From Candidatus Thorarchaeota archaeon (GTDB lineage: Archaea; Asgardarchaeota; Thorarchaeia; Thorarchaeales; Thorarchaeaceae), in contig CAVSBO010000016.1 in the NCBI GenBank assembly GCA_963726195.1, positions 192,001 to 256,000 on the forward strand: a stretch of DNA of 64,000 nucleotides, read 5' to 3'. A program made the position numbers and the translations under genes. The number at the start of each line of letters is the position of its first letter. Position 1 is the stretch's first letter. Below the pieces are notes generated by a model, which worked only from the letters and a program-made list of their open reading frames with translations, did no database searches and was not told the DNA's origin. Shown one piece after another: positions 45,635 through 55,157 of this stretch.

Positions 45635-47205
45635 TGTTCCGATAGAACATATAACTATGTGTAGTTACATATAGATGAACATGGAACGCCTTTACTCTCC
45701 TAGACAAGCATCCAAGTTGCTCGGGGTCTGCGTTTGGATTTGACCTCATTCAACTTGTCTTCAAGAACTGTGGGACCGACGTCGAAACGATGTTTGAGGG
45801 GAGAGTATATGGACGGAGGAGTCACAAGACTAAGGAACTCATCCAAGCAGTTAGGGAGGTGGTACAATCACCGCCACGATGATGGCCACCCGCCTTGGGA
45901 AGCATCATAGGTGGAAGACCAAAGAAGCCGAGAAGAGAACTATCGCAGTGAAGTACCAGCCCTCGGACAACATTCTCAAGTACCTCCGAGATATGAGAGA
46001 AGCTTTGACGGGGCCTTGGCCCACGCATACGCCTTGGCTCGAAGCGACAACAACCTACTTGTGCCGAATCCAGTCGCACTAAGAAGAAAGGTAAAGCCGT
46101 GGTTCGACTTGCAGTACGGACAGTACGCGAAGCACCACGTTAACCCAGTGTGCAGAACTGCTGTGGCTCTGCTCAGGTCGTATAGGAAGAAACACAAGAA
46201 GCTCGCTGTACCTCGAGTCAGGAGGCTCGCCATGAGGATTGACTCGGAGTTATTCCGTGTCTGCGAGACTCGTGATGGGACTGTGACTGTGAGGTTGACC
46301 TTGAAGCCCTTCACCTACGAGTATATCACGTTCACCCCAAGCCACAAGAAGTGGGGCGAATACAGCAAAGGGGGCGGTAAGCGAGCTCCTGCTGACCGAC
46401 AGAAGGCTCTGCATCACCTTCACCGTGGGGTCTGATGGCGGGAAGCCTCTCGGAAGGCGGTTCGCGGGCTCAGACCTCAACTTCCAAAGCGTAGACTCCA
46501 CGGCCTTCAGCGACGGCAAATTGGAGCCGCTCCGCACCGAGTTCCTCACCAGGATAGTCAGAGTTCAGAACGACTTCTCAAGAAGACGTAGAAGACTCCA
46601 GCTGCATGTCAAGAACCCGAAGAAGAGGGTAAGGAAGCTGAAGTGAGACGAGGGGCAGACAGAGAAACAGGGTCAGAGACATCCTTCAGAAGATGTCGAC
46701 CAAGATCGTCCGAGAGAACCCTGACATATCATTCGTCTTCGAGGATCTGAAAGGCATAAGGAGAGGCGGAGAGAAGCAGGATACGACGAGAAGCAGCAGA
46801 AAGCTAAGGACCTATTTGAACCGATGGCCATACAGAATGTTCCAAAACATGGTAGAATACAAGAGCCAGTGCAGACCGATTTACGTTAGCCCGAGAGGGA
46901 CCTCTTCGAAGTGTCCTGTCTGCGGTGGAGAATTAAAGCACCCAGCTTGGGCTATGAGTCGCTGCAGCACCTGTGGCGTGGACTACGACAGAGACAGGCT
47001 CGCCAGCTTGGCGATACTCCAACGTGGCCTGCACCTTTGCGGCCAACCGTTTGCCGTAAGTGCGGGTGCCTCTTGGCAGCACATGAGGAATGAATACCTG
47101 TACACTCCCAGAGAGACCAAGGCTGGAAGAGCAGGTGGGACTGAACAGGCTGCCAACGTACCGAATAGAAGCGCGGACAACTTTCATGATTTTCCACGTT
47201 TCTAG
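45635..47205 (+). mobile_element. IS607-like element: doubly deleted tnpA remnant (45681-45881) plus frameshifted tnpB (~45880-47205)
   Basis: TnpA pieces 'MERLYSPRQASKLLGV' / 'RFGFDLI' / 'GRVYGRRSHK'; TnpB motifs GSDLN, FVFEDL, CPVC/CSTC, DRDRLAS; ends approximate. Confidence 0.75.
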
Positions 47206-47650
47206 AAACGGTTTTTCTCGAATCGGCGGAGGTCCTGCCTTACTAGGGTTGTTGTCTGCATAGTCCTTGATAGGCAATAGGACTTGAGGCTTCATCAGTT
47301 CATCGAGATGACTCACGAGTTCATCGATATCTCGGGTCTCCGCCCCTATCAAGGGCAACCCAGCCGGGAGCACCACAGCATCGAACCACGACACTTCCAG
47401 TGAAACTCCTCTCTTCTTTGGGTAGACCTGAAGTCGATTGCCAACCCGCATGGGCACCCAAAGGCTTCTCAGCTCTAAGGGACCTGTTGGTTGCCCCGTA
47501 CGTGCTGTAGTGCTTCGTTGCCCATGCCGGGTTCACTTCGATTGTTTTGGTCTTATTCTTCGCGAGCTTGTGGAGCCATGCCCGTCCTAATCACGATGCG
47601 CGACTATTTATGCCACTCGCAAAAAAGAGCTGTTACGAAGGCGAGACTGG

Positions 47651-48283
47651 TTGCCCGATAAAGATGGCGAGAACCCAGAGTCTGAGGACACGGAAAACGC
47701 CGAAGACGAGGAAGTCGCAGAGGAGCCCGCGGAACTGCAGGAAGAACCAGCGGAAGCCATATTCTATGATGGATACGGCTGCATTTCTGGTGGTGATGCC
47801 GATAGAATATCGCAGGAAGGCTTCTACGGCACCAGATTAGATGATGGCAGACTACAACTTGACCCTGTTGAAATGCTTCATCTTCTCGAAAGGAAGAGAA
47901 TTATCATGAAGTCGGCTGCTGGGGAACTGATTGAAGCGAGACAGATAGTGGACGAACTCACGAAAGGCGATCCTGACCTCTGGACCCGCTATCTCGTTTT
48001 TAGGGACCTTAGAAGCAGAGGCTATGCAGTACGCCAAGGTTTCGGTGGCGGAATCGGTTTCAGGGTCTATGCAAGAGGCGACAGGCCGAGCACAGCTACG
48101 GCCAATCAGCTTGTGTACGTTCTTAAAGAAGGAGAACCGATATCGCTTCAGGACTTGGACATGGTCACTGAAGCAGCCTCCGCTGCACGCAAGAAGCTCG
48201 TGTTTGCGCTTGTCGACCAGAATGGTGAAGTGAATTTCTATAAGGTATCACGCGCGACCTTACGAAATCGAGCCGGTGATTAG
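47651..48283 (+). CDS. endA: tRNA-splicing endonuclease subunit, probably the non-catalytic (structural) subunit
   Basis: 'YLVFRDLRSRGY', 'FRVY', 'RKKLVFALVD'; the KYG catalytic Tyr is replaced by GGG and no catalytic His is evident. Confidence 0.8.
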   Translation: MPDKDGENPESEDTENAEDEEVAEEPAELQEEPAEAIFYDGYGCISGGDADRISQEGFYGTRLDDGRLQLDPVEMLHLLERKRIIMKSAAGELIEARQIVDELTKGDPDLWTRYLVFRDLRSRGYAVRQGFGGGIGFRVYARGDRPSTATANQLVYVLKEGEPISLQDLDMVTEAASAARKKLVFALVDQNGEVNFYKVSRATLRNRAGD

Positions 48284-49952
48284 TGATGTCGAATAACGTC
48301 ATTGTACTTGATACTAGCGTGGTCATAGACGGGTGGGTATCGCACCAAGTAGAATCAGGGGACTACAAGGGATACCGGATCGTGGTCCCGAACGTTGTGC
48401 TCGCCGAGATTGAGCACATGGCGAACCAGAAAAGAGACGTAGGGAAACTTGGGCTCAATGAACTCGAACGGCTCAGATCTCTCGCTGATAATGGTACCAT
48501 TACGCTGGAATTCATGGGTGATAGACCGTCTGTTGGCCAAGTCCATGATGCAGACAGAGGAGAACTGGATGCGTTGGTTCGCGATACTGCCTCAGAGCTT
48601 GGAGCAACCTTGGTGACTTCGGACAATGTCCAAGCAGCCGCAGGCCGCGTCATGGGACTTGAGGTAGTCGTGATTGCTAAGAAGCGTTCTGTTTCCATAG
48701 TTACGCTTGAGGAATTCTTCGATGATCGCACTATGAGCGTTCATCTCGTGGAGAACAATCCGCCTCGAGCAAAAAGAGGGGAACCCGGAGATTGGGAATT
48801 GGTCGACTTGTCAGACCATGTTCTCACCTTCGAAGAACTGGATCAACTCAGCTAACACAATTCTCGAAAGGGCACGGCAGGACAGAGCATCATTCATAGA
48901 AATCGAGGAATTCGGTGCGACCGTCGTTCAGCTCAGAAACTATCGTATCGCCATTGCTCGTCCGCCTTTCAGTGACAAGATGGAGATATCGGCGATTCGT
49001 CCTATTACTAAGCTCGACATCGACTATTACGATCTGAGTCCGAAACTCATGAATAGGCTAGAAAGCCGTGCCGAAGGCATTCTCATCTCGGGCTCGCCTG
49101 GATCTGGAAAGAGTACGTTTGCAGCTGCACTCGCGGAATTCTACAGTAAGAAGGGAAATGTTGTCAAAACGTTGGAGCAGCCTCGAGACCTTCAGGTATC
49201 TGATGATATTGTTCAGTATGCACCACTTGATAGGAGTATGGAGAAGACTGCAGACATCCTTTTGTTAGTTCGGCCAGACTATGTCGTATACGACGAATTG
49301 CGCAAGAGACTCTGACTTTGAAGTGTACTCGGACCTCAGGTCCGCAGGCGTTGGCATGGTGGGAGTAGTACACGCTGGATCTGCTATCGACGCGATACAG
49401 CGTCTGATACTTGGAGGGCGAGTTGAGCTGGGCCAACTTCCAAGCACTGTGGACACTGTTTTGCATATAGAGGCGGGACGTATCGCGAAGGTTGCCTCTC
49501 TGTCTCTGAAAGTCAAGCTTCCAACAGGCATGAGCAGCCAACAGAGAGACCTAGCTAGACCCGTCGTCGAAGTCCGTGATTTTGAGCATGGAGTCCTCGA
49601 GTACGAGATATTCACTTTCGGTGGAGAGAAAGTGGTTGTTCCCGTCCACGCCGAGACTCGGCCTGTCGCAGGTCGACCGAGAGGGACGTATGAACGTGGA
49701 ACACCGGGAGAGAGCGTACCAATACAAGTAAGCTACTCACACAAGAAAGTGACAGTGTACGTGGGAAAGAAATACATCAAGACGCGGCTGGATATCTTTG
49801 CTAATGACCAGTACCTTCTCACAACCGTCACGGGGAGGAATGGCGAGGCATCAATACGAATCAAGACGAGACAGGGTAGCGCGTTGGTAGATGCCTTGGA
49901 AGAGAATGCAACACTCACAGCCAAGGTGGCGCCGCCAGCAGAAATCGAGTAG
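48283..49952 (+). CDS. PINA-type PIN-domain/ATPase/KH protein (indels near 48850 and 49305)
   Basis: 'VLDTSVVIDG', 'GSPGSGKST', 'KTLEQPRDL', 'LLVRPDY', 'DLARPVVEV'. Confidence 0.88.
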
Positions 49953-50036
49953 GATTGCGACTTAACTGGTTTTCTGCCTCAATATCCATCTAGGACTTCA
50001 AAAGCTTTAACAGTCTGCCACAAGCTCAGTCGCTTT

Positions 50037-50147
50037 GGGCCCGTGGCTTAGCATGGACTCGCAAGGATTCGTAGTCCTCTGAGATGCTCATAAAGCACCA
50101 GCCTCCTAAGTTGGTTATCGCGCGTTCGAATCGCGCCGGGCCCGCCA
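50037..50147 (+). tRNA. tRNA-Arg(CCT) with D-loop intron (50057-50089)
   Basis: GGGCCCG acceptor, CCAGC-CTCCTAA-GTTGG; BHB GCAT-GGA...ATGC-TCA. Confidence 0.9.
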
Positions 50148-50840
50148 CTACTTGGACTGTTTCTTCAACACGTAGGATTTGGTTGCTGTGCCGACATGCA
50201 CTTCGTTGGCCATACCCACGAAAAGACCGGTCTCTACAACACCAGGAATCATCTTCAGATCTCTCGACATACCTGCCAAATCGCTAACGGGTTTCGAGAA
50301 CTTGAGGTCAAGAATGAAATTGCCATTGTCGGTCACGACTGGGCCAATCTTGCCTTGGGATTCACGCACCGATGAGGCTATACCCATCTTGTCAATCCTC
50401 TTTCTGACGAACCCAAGCGAAAAAGGCAAGACTTCAATTGGAACTGGAAACTTGACTCCAAGATTATCCACCAGCTTCGACTCGTCAACGATTATCACGA
50501 GTTTCTCGGAGGCTGCGGCGACTATTTTCTCCTGAAAGAGAGCTCCTCCACCGCCTTTCGTGAGGTTCAGTTGTTTATCAACCTCGTCAGCTCCGTCAAC
50601 AGTAAGCAACAGCTCGGGATAGAGATCGAGATTGGTCAGAGGTATTCTGTATTCGACCGCAAGTCGGTAGGCTTGATATGAAGTCGGGACAACTGATACC
50701 TTCGTCTTCCCTTCGGAGACTTGACGACCGAGCTCCTTCGCAAAGAGAGCTACGGTTGAGCCACTCCCAAGCCCCATTGCACCTTCCTTTGGAACTAGTT
50801 TCAGTGCGCTCCTAGCCGCATTCGCCTTTGCCTCTGACAA
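50148..50840 (-). CDS. rpiA: Ribose-5-phosphate isomerase A
   Basis: 'GLGSGST', 'DGADE', 'KGGGGALFQEK', 'TDNGN'. Confidence 0.95.
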   Translation of the reverse strand: MSEAKANAARSALKLVPKEGAMGLGSGSTVALFAKELGRQVSEGKTKVSVVPTSYQAYRLAVEYRIPLTNLDLYPELLLTVDGADEVDKQLNLTKGGGGALFQEKIVAAASEKLVIIVDESKLVDNLGVKFPVPIEVLPFSLGFVRKRIDKMGIASSVRESQGKIGPVVTDNGNFILDLKFSKPVSDLAGMSRDLKMIPGVVETGLFVGMANEVHVGTATKSYVLKKQSK

Positions 50841-50945
50841 TTCCGTTCGGATGTCTCCACAGGCTGTAAAGACCACACTTGCCCATCCGCTCAATAAGGC
50901 TTCCGAGAGGGCCAGTTTCAGCCCTAGGCGAACAGATGTCACACG

Positions 50946-51158
50946 CTAAGTGGTCCCACAACATTCTGTCGCGCACTCGGAGGAATTGTTCTTTGGTCGC
51001 CAGTAGACGGCCCATAGACCTTCATCGTCTCTGGAGATAACCACATGTAGGCGGCTCCTTAACGATCGTGCCATCATGACGGCTTCTCTGCTGGTCGCAA
51101 ATACGTTGGCTAGTCTGTAGACTTGACCGCCTACTATGTGCCATTTCTCAGCATGCAT
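50946..51158 (-). CDS. Hypothetical protein (70 aa)
   Basis: ATG-started ORF co-oriented with its neighbours. Confidence 0.45.
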   Translation of the reverse strand: MHAEKWHIVGGQVYRLANVFATSREAVMMARSLRSRLHVVISRDDEGLWAVYWRPKNNSSECATECCGTT

Positions 51159-51333
51159 GCTATAATGTGGCTCATTTGCCTAATAACCGGGCAAGACCGG
51201 TTTTGTGCGAATACCCGTCGTCTATTATTAGAAAAGCTGCAATCACAGTCTTTCGATTCTCGGTCAATTGAAGAGCCGAAATCACCAGTATCCGGTCTCT
51301 CCAGTTGCTTCGCAAGTGCCCGAAACAGACTGT

Positions 51334-52308
51334 CTATTCGCCCATGAGGGCCCTTAGCCGCTCCATCTCGGCCAGCATCTCGGACTGAAGCGAACTCTTG
51401 GCAGCTCCTGCAGCTGCAGGTGGTCGACTGCTCGGGGCAGTGCTAGGACCAGCAGCTTGAGACGCAGCACCTGGAGGACCAGCTGGCATTGTCGGTGCCC
51501 CAGAGGGTGGGCCACCTGCGCTAGGAACTGCAGCTGGCGAAACTCCCACCGGCGGACCTCCCATTGGCGGACCTCCTGCTGGGGCGCCTCCCGAAGGTGC
51601 GCCTCCTGATGGCGGACCACCAGATGGTGGACCTCCTGCTGGGGGACCTCCCGAAGACGGGCCTCCCGATGGCGGACCACCGGATGGTGGACCTCCCGAG
51701 GGCGGACCTGCAGGAACCTTAGATCCGAGCTTTGGGCCTGATGGCCGACCCGGGGCGGGCATTCCCACATTTGTCGGTCCTGCGGTCTCTGTTTCTGCTT
51801 CTACGGTCGTGCCAGACATGGCCTCTAGTTTTCTCAGATAATCGGAACGAGCCTTGTCCACAGCCGACGATGTTGCCATCACTTCTCTAAGCTCTTCATC
51901 TTTCGCAATTGCCGTCCGCACGGCATCAAGTCTGGCTTGGTAGACTTCGGCTATCTTGCTCTTTGTTGCTTCGTCAATCTCGCCCTGCTGAACGAAGTAA
52001 TCGGCTGCAGATATCGCCTGCTGAATTGCGTTCTCTTCGATTTTCAGGAATACAAGAGCAGTGGCGGGCGTTTTGATGAACTTGAGCTTCTTTGCCCCTG
52101 CAATCCCCGCCGATACGTCACCTGTGGATGCAATGATTCTTGTGGCACCATCAGGTAGTCCCTTGCCGCCCGTTTGCATACGACGTATTAGAAACAGGAT
52201 GATACCGACAAAAATCACCGTGTAGATTATGAAGAATACTCCTGTACCTATGGGATCTATTAGATAGTTGAAGATGTCATCAATCCATGTCAGGATTACG
52301 CTCTGCAT
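51334..52308 (-). CDS. Single-pass membrane protein with GGPP-repeat region and C-terminal amphipathic helix
   Basis: TM 'GVFFIIYTVIFVGIILFLI', helical core, (S/A)GGPP repeats, C-terminus SLQSEMLAEMERLRALMGE. Confidence 0.75.
   Translation of the reverse strand: MQSVILTWIDDIFNYLIDPIGTGVFFIIYTVIFVGIILFLIRRMQTGGKGLPDGATRIIASTGDVSAGIAGAKKLKFIKTPATALVFLKIEENAIQQAISAADYFVQQGEIDEATKSKIAEVYQARLDAVRTAIAKDEELREVMATSSAVDKARSDYLRKLEAMSGTTVEAETETAGPTNVGMPAPGRPSGPKLGSKVPAGPPSGGPPSGGPPSGGPSSGGPPAGGPPSGGPPSGGAPSGGAPAGGPPMGGPPVGVSPAAVPSAGGPPSGAPTMPAGPPGAASQAAGPSTAPSSRPPAAAGAAKSSLQSEMLAEMERLRALMGE
51551..51715. repeat. 15-bp-period coding tandem repeat (~11 units) encoding xGGPP
   Basis: Units such as GGCGGACCTCCTGCT and GGTGGACCTCCCGAG. 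Confidence 0.85.
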
Positions 52309-52623
52309 CCGGTATCACCTTGTGGCAGCTGTTCAGGGCAGCCGTATTCTGTGTGATATTTGAGTCTTCTCTTGAATATTGTTTCTTTGTATCACACACG
52401 TGACGCTGCCTGTTTCTGGCCAAGCAGCGTCAATTCCTTATGTCTACATGAGGACTCATAAAGATGTTCTTGATGTGCATCGGTCGGACGGCCGTTATCG
52501 ACCAGTAAACCGGACTATTGTCTGAGCAGTACGGCTGCCACAAGAACGTTCTCGTCCAGAATGCCTTAAATCTGGGACAAGAAGCCGTCAAGAAGGGATT
52601 GTATTACGAGCCTGCTTGACCCG

Positions 52624-53148
52624 TTGACAACGCACTACACTCTGAGCGGGAAGGTGTGGAAAGTCGGAATTGGTGACATGACAGACCAGACGGGAAATAT
52701 AGTCGGGTCTGTTAAACGAAAGACGCTGCCCACGGGAGCTAAGATTCAACTCACTGATTCCGACAATGCCGTTCTTTGTGAGATGCGTAGAAGAACCTTG
52801 GGCTTGAGTTCTGTCTATGATATTACAGATGCAGCTAGAAGCCAGTTGGCCAGAGTGAGGAAAACAGCAGTCGAGCTGAACGGTTCCACGAGAATGTACA
52901 ATCCAAGTCGCAAGGAACTGCTCAAAGCGACAGGCGGTACAATGAGGTGGGAGTTCATCATAAGCAACTCCAAGAAAAAGAATAGAATCTGTGCGACCAT
53001 TAGAAAAGTTGGCAATTGGGAACGGACGCCCGTATCCCGCCCGGATTTGGATGAAAGATACGTTATCGATATTGAGGATCTTGAGGCGGATAGACTCCTG
53101 CTACTTGCTTATGCCATAGTGATCACTGATGACAGTCACACTGTGTAG
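52624..53148 (+). CDS. LURP-one/tubby C-terminal/scramblase-like protein
   Basis: Repeated 'D..G..+G.V++K' beta-hairpin pattern; C-terminal 'DRLLLLAYAIVI' helix. Confidence 0.6.
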   Translation: MTTHYTLSGKVWKVGIGDMTDQTGNIVGSVKRKTLPTGAKIQLTDSDNAVLCEMRRRTLGLSSVYDITDAARSQLARVRKTAVELNGSTRMYNPSRKELLKATGGTMRWEFIISNSKKKNRICATIRKVGNWERTPVSRPDLDERYVIDIEDLEADRLLLLAYAIVITDDSHTV

Positions 53149-53316
53149 AACAACGGTGACTGTATGAGAATTCGTGAAGTGAATTGAGGTGAACTTCCGA
53201 AGGAACGAAGCGTAAGAACATAGATGTCATGCGTTCTCATTGGCGAAAACTCCAGTCATTCCTGTAATCATGATAAACGTTTATTAGAGAACTTGGTCGG
53301 CTTTCAGCCAAGTCAA

Positions 53317-53428
53317 GCCTCGGTGGCTTAGGGGTTATAGCATCCGCCTTGTAAGCTTCGCAGCAGGAGTACAACCTGCAAGCCAGAAAAGCGGAAGGTC
53401 GCGAGTTCAAGACTCGCCCGAGGCTCCA
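53317..53428 (+). tRNA. tRNA-Thr(TGT) with 37/38 intron (~53354-53389)
   Basis: GCCTCGG/CCGAGGC-T-CCA, TCCGC-CTTGTAA-GCGGA. Confidence 0.9.
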
Positions 53429-53533
53429 CTTCTTCTTGTGCACGAGCTAGACTCGTTGAACATATCACTCTTAGAAAAAGGCTGGAGACCGGAGGGAGAG
53501 CACTGTCAGCCCATCCGGCCTAAGATAAGGCAA

Positions 53534-54742
53534 TCACTTCATTCTCTTTGCTGCGGCCTCGAGTGCAGCAACGAGTTCAAGCTTTTTGCCCGTCAGGAAA
53601 TTGATGGTTGCACCGCCGCCGGTGCTTATGTGTGTGATTTTGCCTGCGACACCCTTCATCTGTGCAACGGCTCCCATGTGACCTCCGCCAACTATTGTGA
53701 CACCTTTGCACTTTACGATCGCGTCGAGTACTCTCTCAGTACCAGCAGCGAAGAGTGCTTTCTCGAAGTATCCCATAGGTCCGTTGGCGAAGACGACAGC
53801 CGACTGTGTAATCGTCTTGCCAAACTTGTCAGTTGTTAGGGACCCAATGTCCAAGAAAGGAGCACCCTTCATCTGATCAAGTTTGCATTCAACACGCTTT
53901 CCATCCCTCTCGACAGCGGCGTCAACTGGCAGACCTATGACCTTCGGATACTTGTCAAGAAGCTGCTTGGCGATTGTTAGTGATGATTCATAGCCTTTGA
54001 CTGATGACACGTAATCCTTTGGTATGCTTCCCTGTGCAACAAGGAACAGTGTTCCAACGAGACCGCCCAGAAGCGCATTGTCCACTCGATTGGTAGCGAG
54101 CAGCTTCTGGAGTGTCTGGACCTTATCTTCCACTTTTGCTCCACCAAGGACCAGAGTCCATGGGTGCTTGTCTGTTGCAGTGGCAGCGGTCAGGGTGCGT
54201 ATCTCCTTCTCCACTAGTCGTCCTGCGACTGAAGGAAGAACCGCGGTGAAGCCGACAATCGATGGCTGAGCCCTGTGTGCTGCACCAAAGGCATCGTTGA
54301 CAAAGAGATCGAAGAGAGGGTAGAGCTCCTGTACGATTGGTTCCTTTGCCATCTCCTCAGGAGTACCTGTTTTCATCTCACCTTCGAAGTATCGTGTGTT
54401 CTGCAGAACAAGCACTTCACCGACCTTCACCTTCTTGATTGCATCTTTTGCCTTCTGACCGAAGATGTCATCGACGAAGCTTGCTTTGAGTCCGTTCTTT
54501 TTCAGAACGTCTGTATGCTTCTCCAACGAAGTGAAGTCCTCATCACCAGGACGACCTTGGTGTGCCATGAGGACGACCTTGCTTTTGGCTAACTCTTTCA
54601 GCGTTGGAAGAGCGGCGATTATTCTTGAATCATCAAGGATTGCTTTCGTCTTCGGGTCCAAGGAGGAATTGAGGTCGGCGCGCACGAGCACGCGCTTCCC
54701 TGCATACTGTACGTCGTTAAGAGTCTTGAATGGCAGTGACAA
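53534..54742 (-). CDS. pgk: Phosphoglycerate kinase
   Basis: 'RADLNS', 'AHQGRPG', 'NDAFGAAHRA', 'LGGAKV', 'STGGGA'. Confidence 0.96.
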   Translation of the reverse strand: MSLPFKTLNDVQYAGKRVLVRADLNSSLDPKTKAILDDSRIIAALPTLKELAKSKVVLMAHQGRPGDEDFTSLEKHTDVLKKNGLKASFVDDIFGQKAKDAIKKVKVGEVLVLQNTRYFEGEMKTGTPEEMAKEPIVQELYPLFDLFVNDAFGAAHRAQPSIVGFTAVLPSVAGRLVEKEIRTLTAATATDKHPWTLVLGGAKVEDKVQTLQKLLATNRVDNALLGGLVGTLFLVAQGSIPKDYVSSVKGYESSLTIAKQLLDKYPKVIGLPVDAAVERDGKRVECKLDQMKGAPFLDIGSLTTDKFGKTITQSAVVFANGPMGYFEKALFAAGTERVLDAIVKCKGVTIVGGGHMGAVAQMKGVAGKITHISTGGGATINFLTGKKLELVAALEAAAKRMK

Positions 54743-54850
54743 TTCTGTTTCCCCAAGAGCCTTGTTAGTTACTCGGAATATAGATATTGCCATAAGAACG
54801 GAGTGCTTGGCTGAGTCCGAGATTCCCAGCCTGTTGGAATAGTCCTGTCG

Positions 54851-54992
54851 TGGTGCCGCAGGGGGGATTCGAGCCCCCGACTTCGAGATTGCTCAACTGG
54901 CTTGGGGGTTGAGACTTGATGACCCCATGTGTACCCCGATTAGTTCGGGGAGATTATGAGTCTCGCGCCCTAGCCGACTAGGCCACTGCGGC
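54851..54992 (-). tRNA. tRNA-Met(CAT), elongator type, with 65-nt 37/38 intron (54890-54954)
   Basis: GCCGCAG acceptor, CGAGA-CTCATAA-TCTCG, BHB CTCA-TAA...TGAG-CAA; T-loop reads CTCGAAT. Confidence 0.88.
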
Positions 54993-55157
54993 ATGGCTTT
55001 TCATTTGGTTGGTTCGGCAAGCATTTGTGATTCATTATTAAACCTAGCTGGAAGGACAGGATTCTGTGATAAGCTGAATGACTCTGCGGTCTTCTAAGCA
55101 AACACGTGAATGACTAGGTGAGAAATCATGTCACCAATCTTTGTCAGTAAATGACTG

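Noticed and set aside
47206-47580. Gene fragment next to the IS607-like element
   Set aside because: Broken frames with no recognisable motif; cannot support a call.
51551-51715. CRISPR-like array
   Set aside because: 15-bp coding repeats with no spacers; no CRISPR array was found anywhere in the window.
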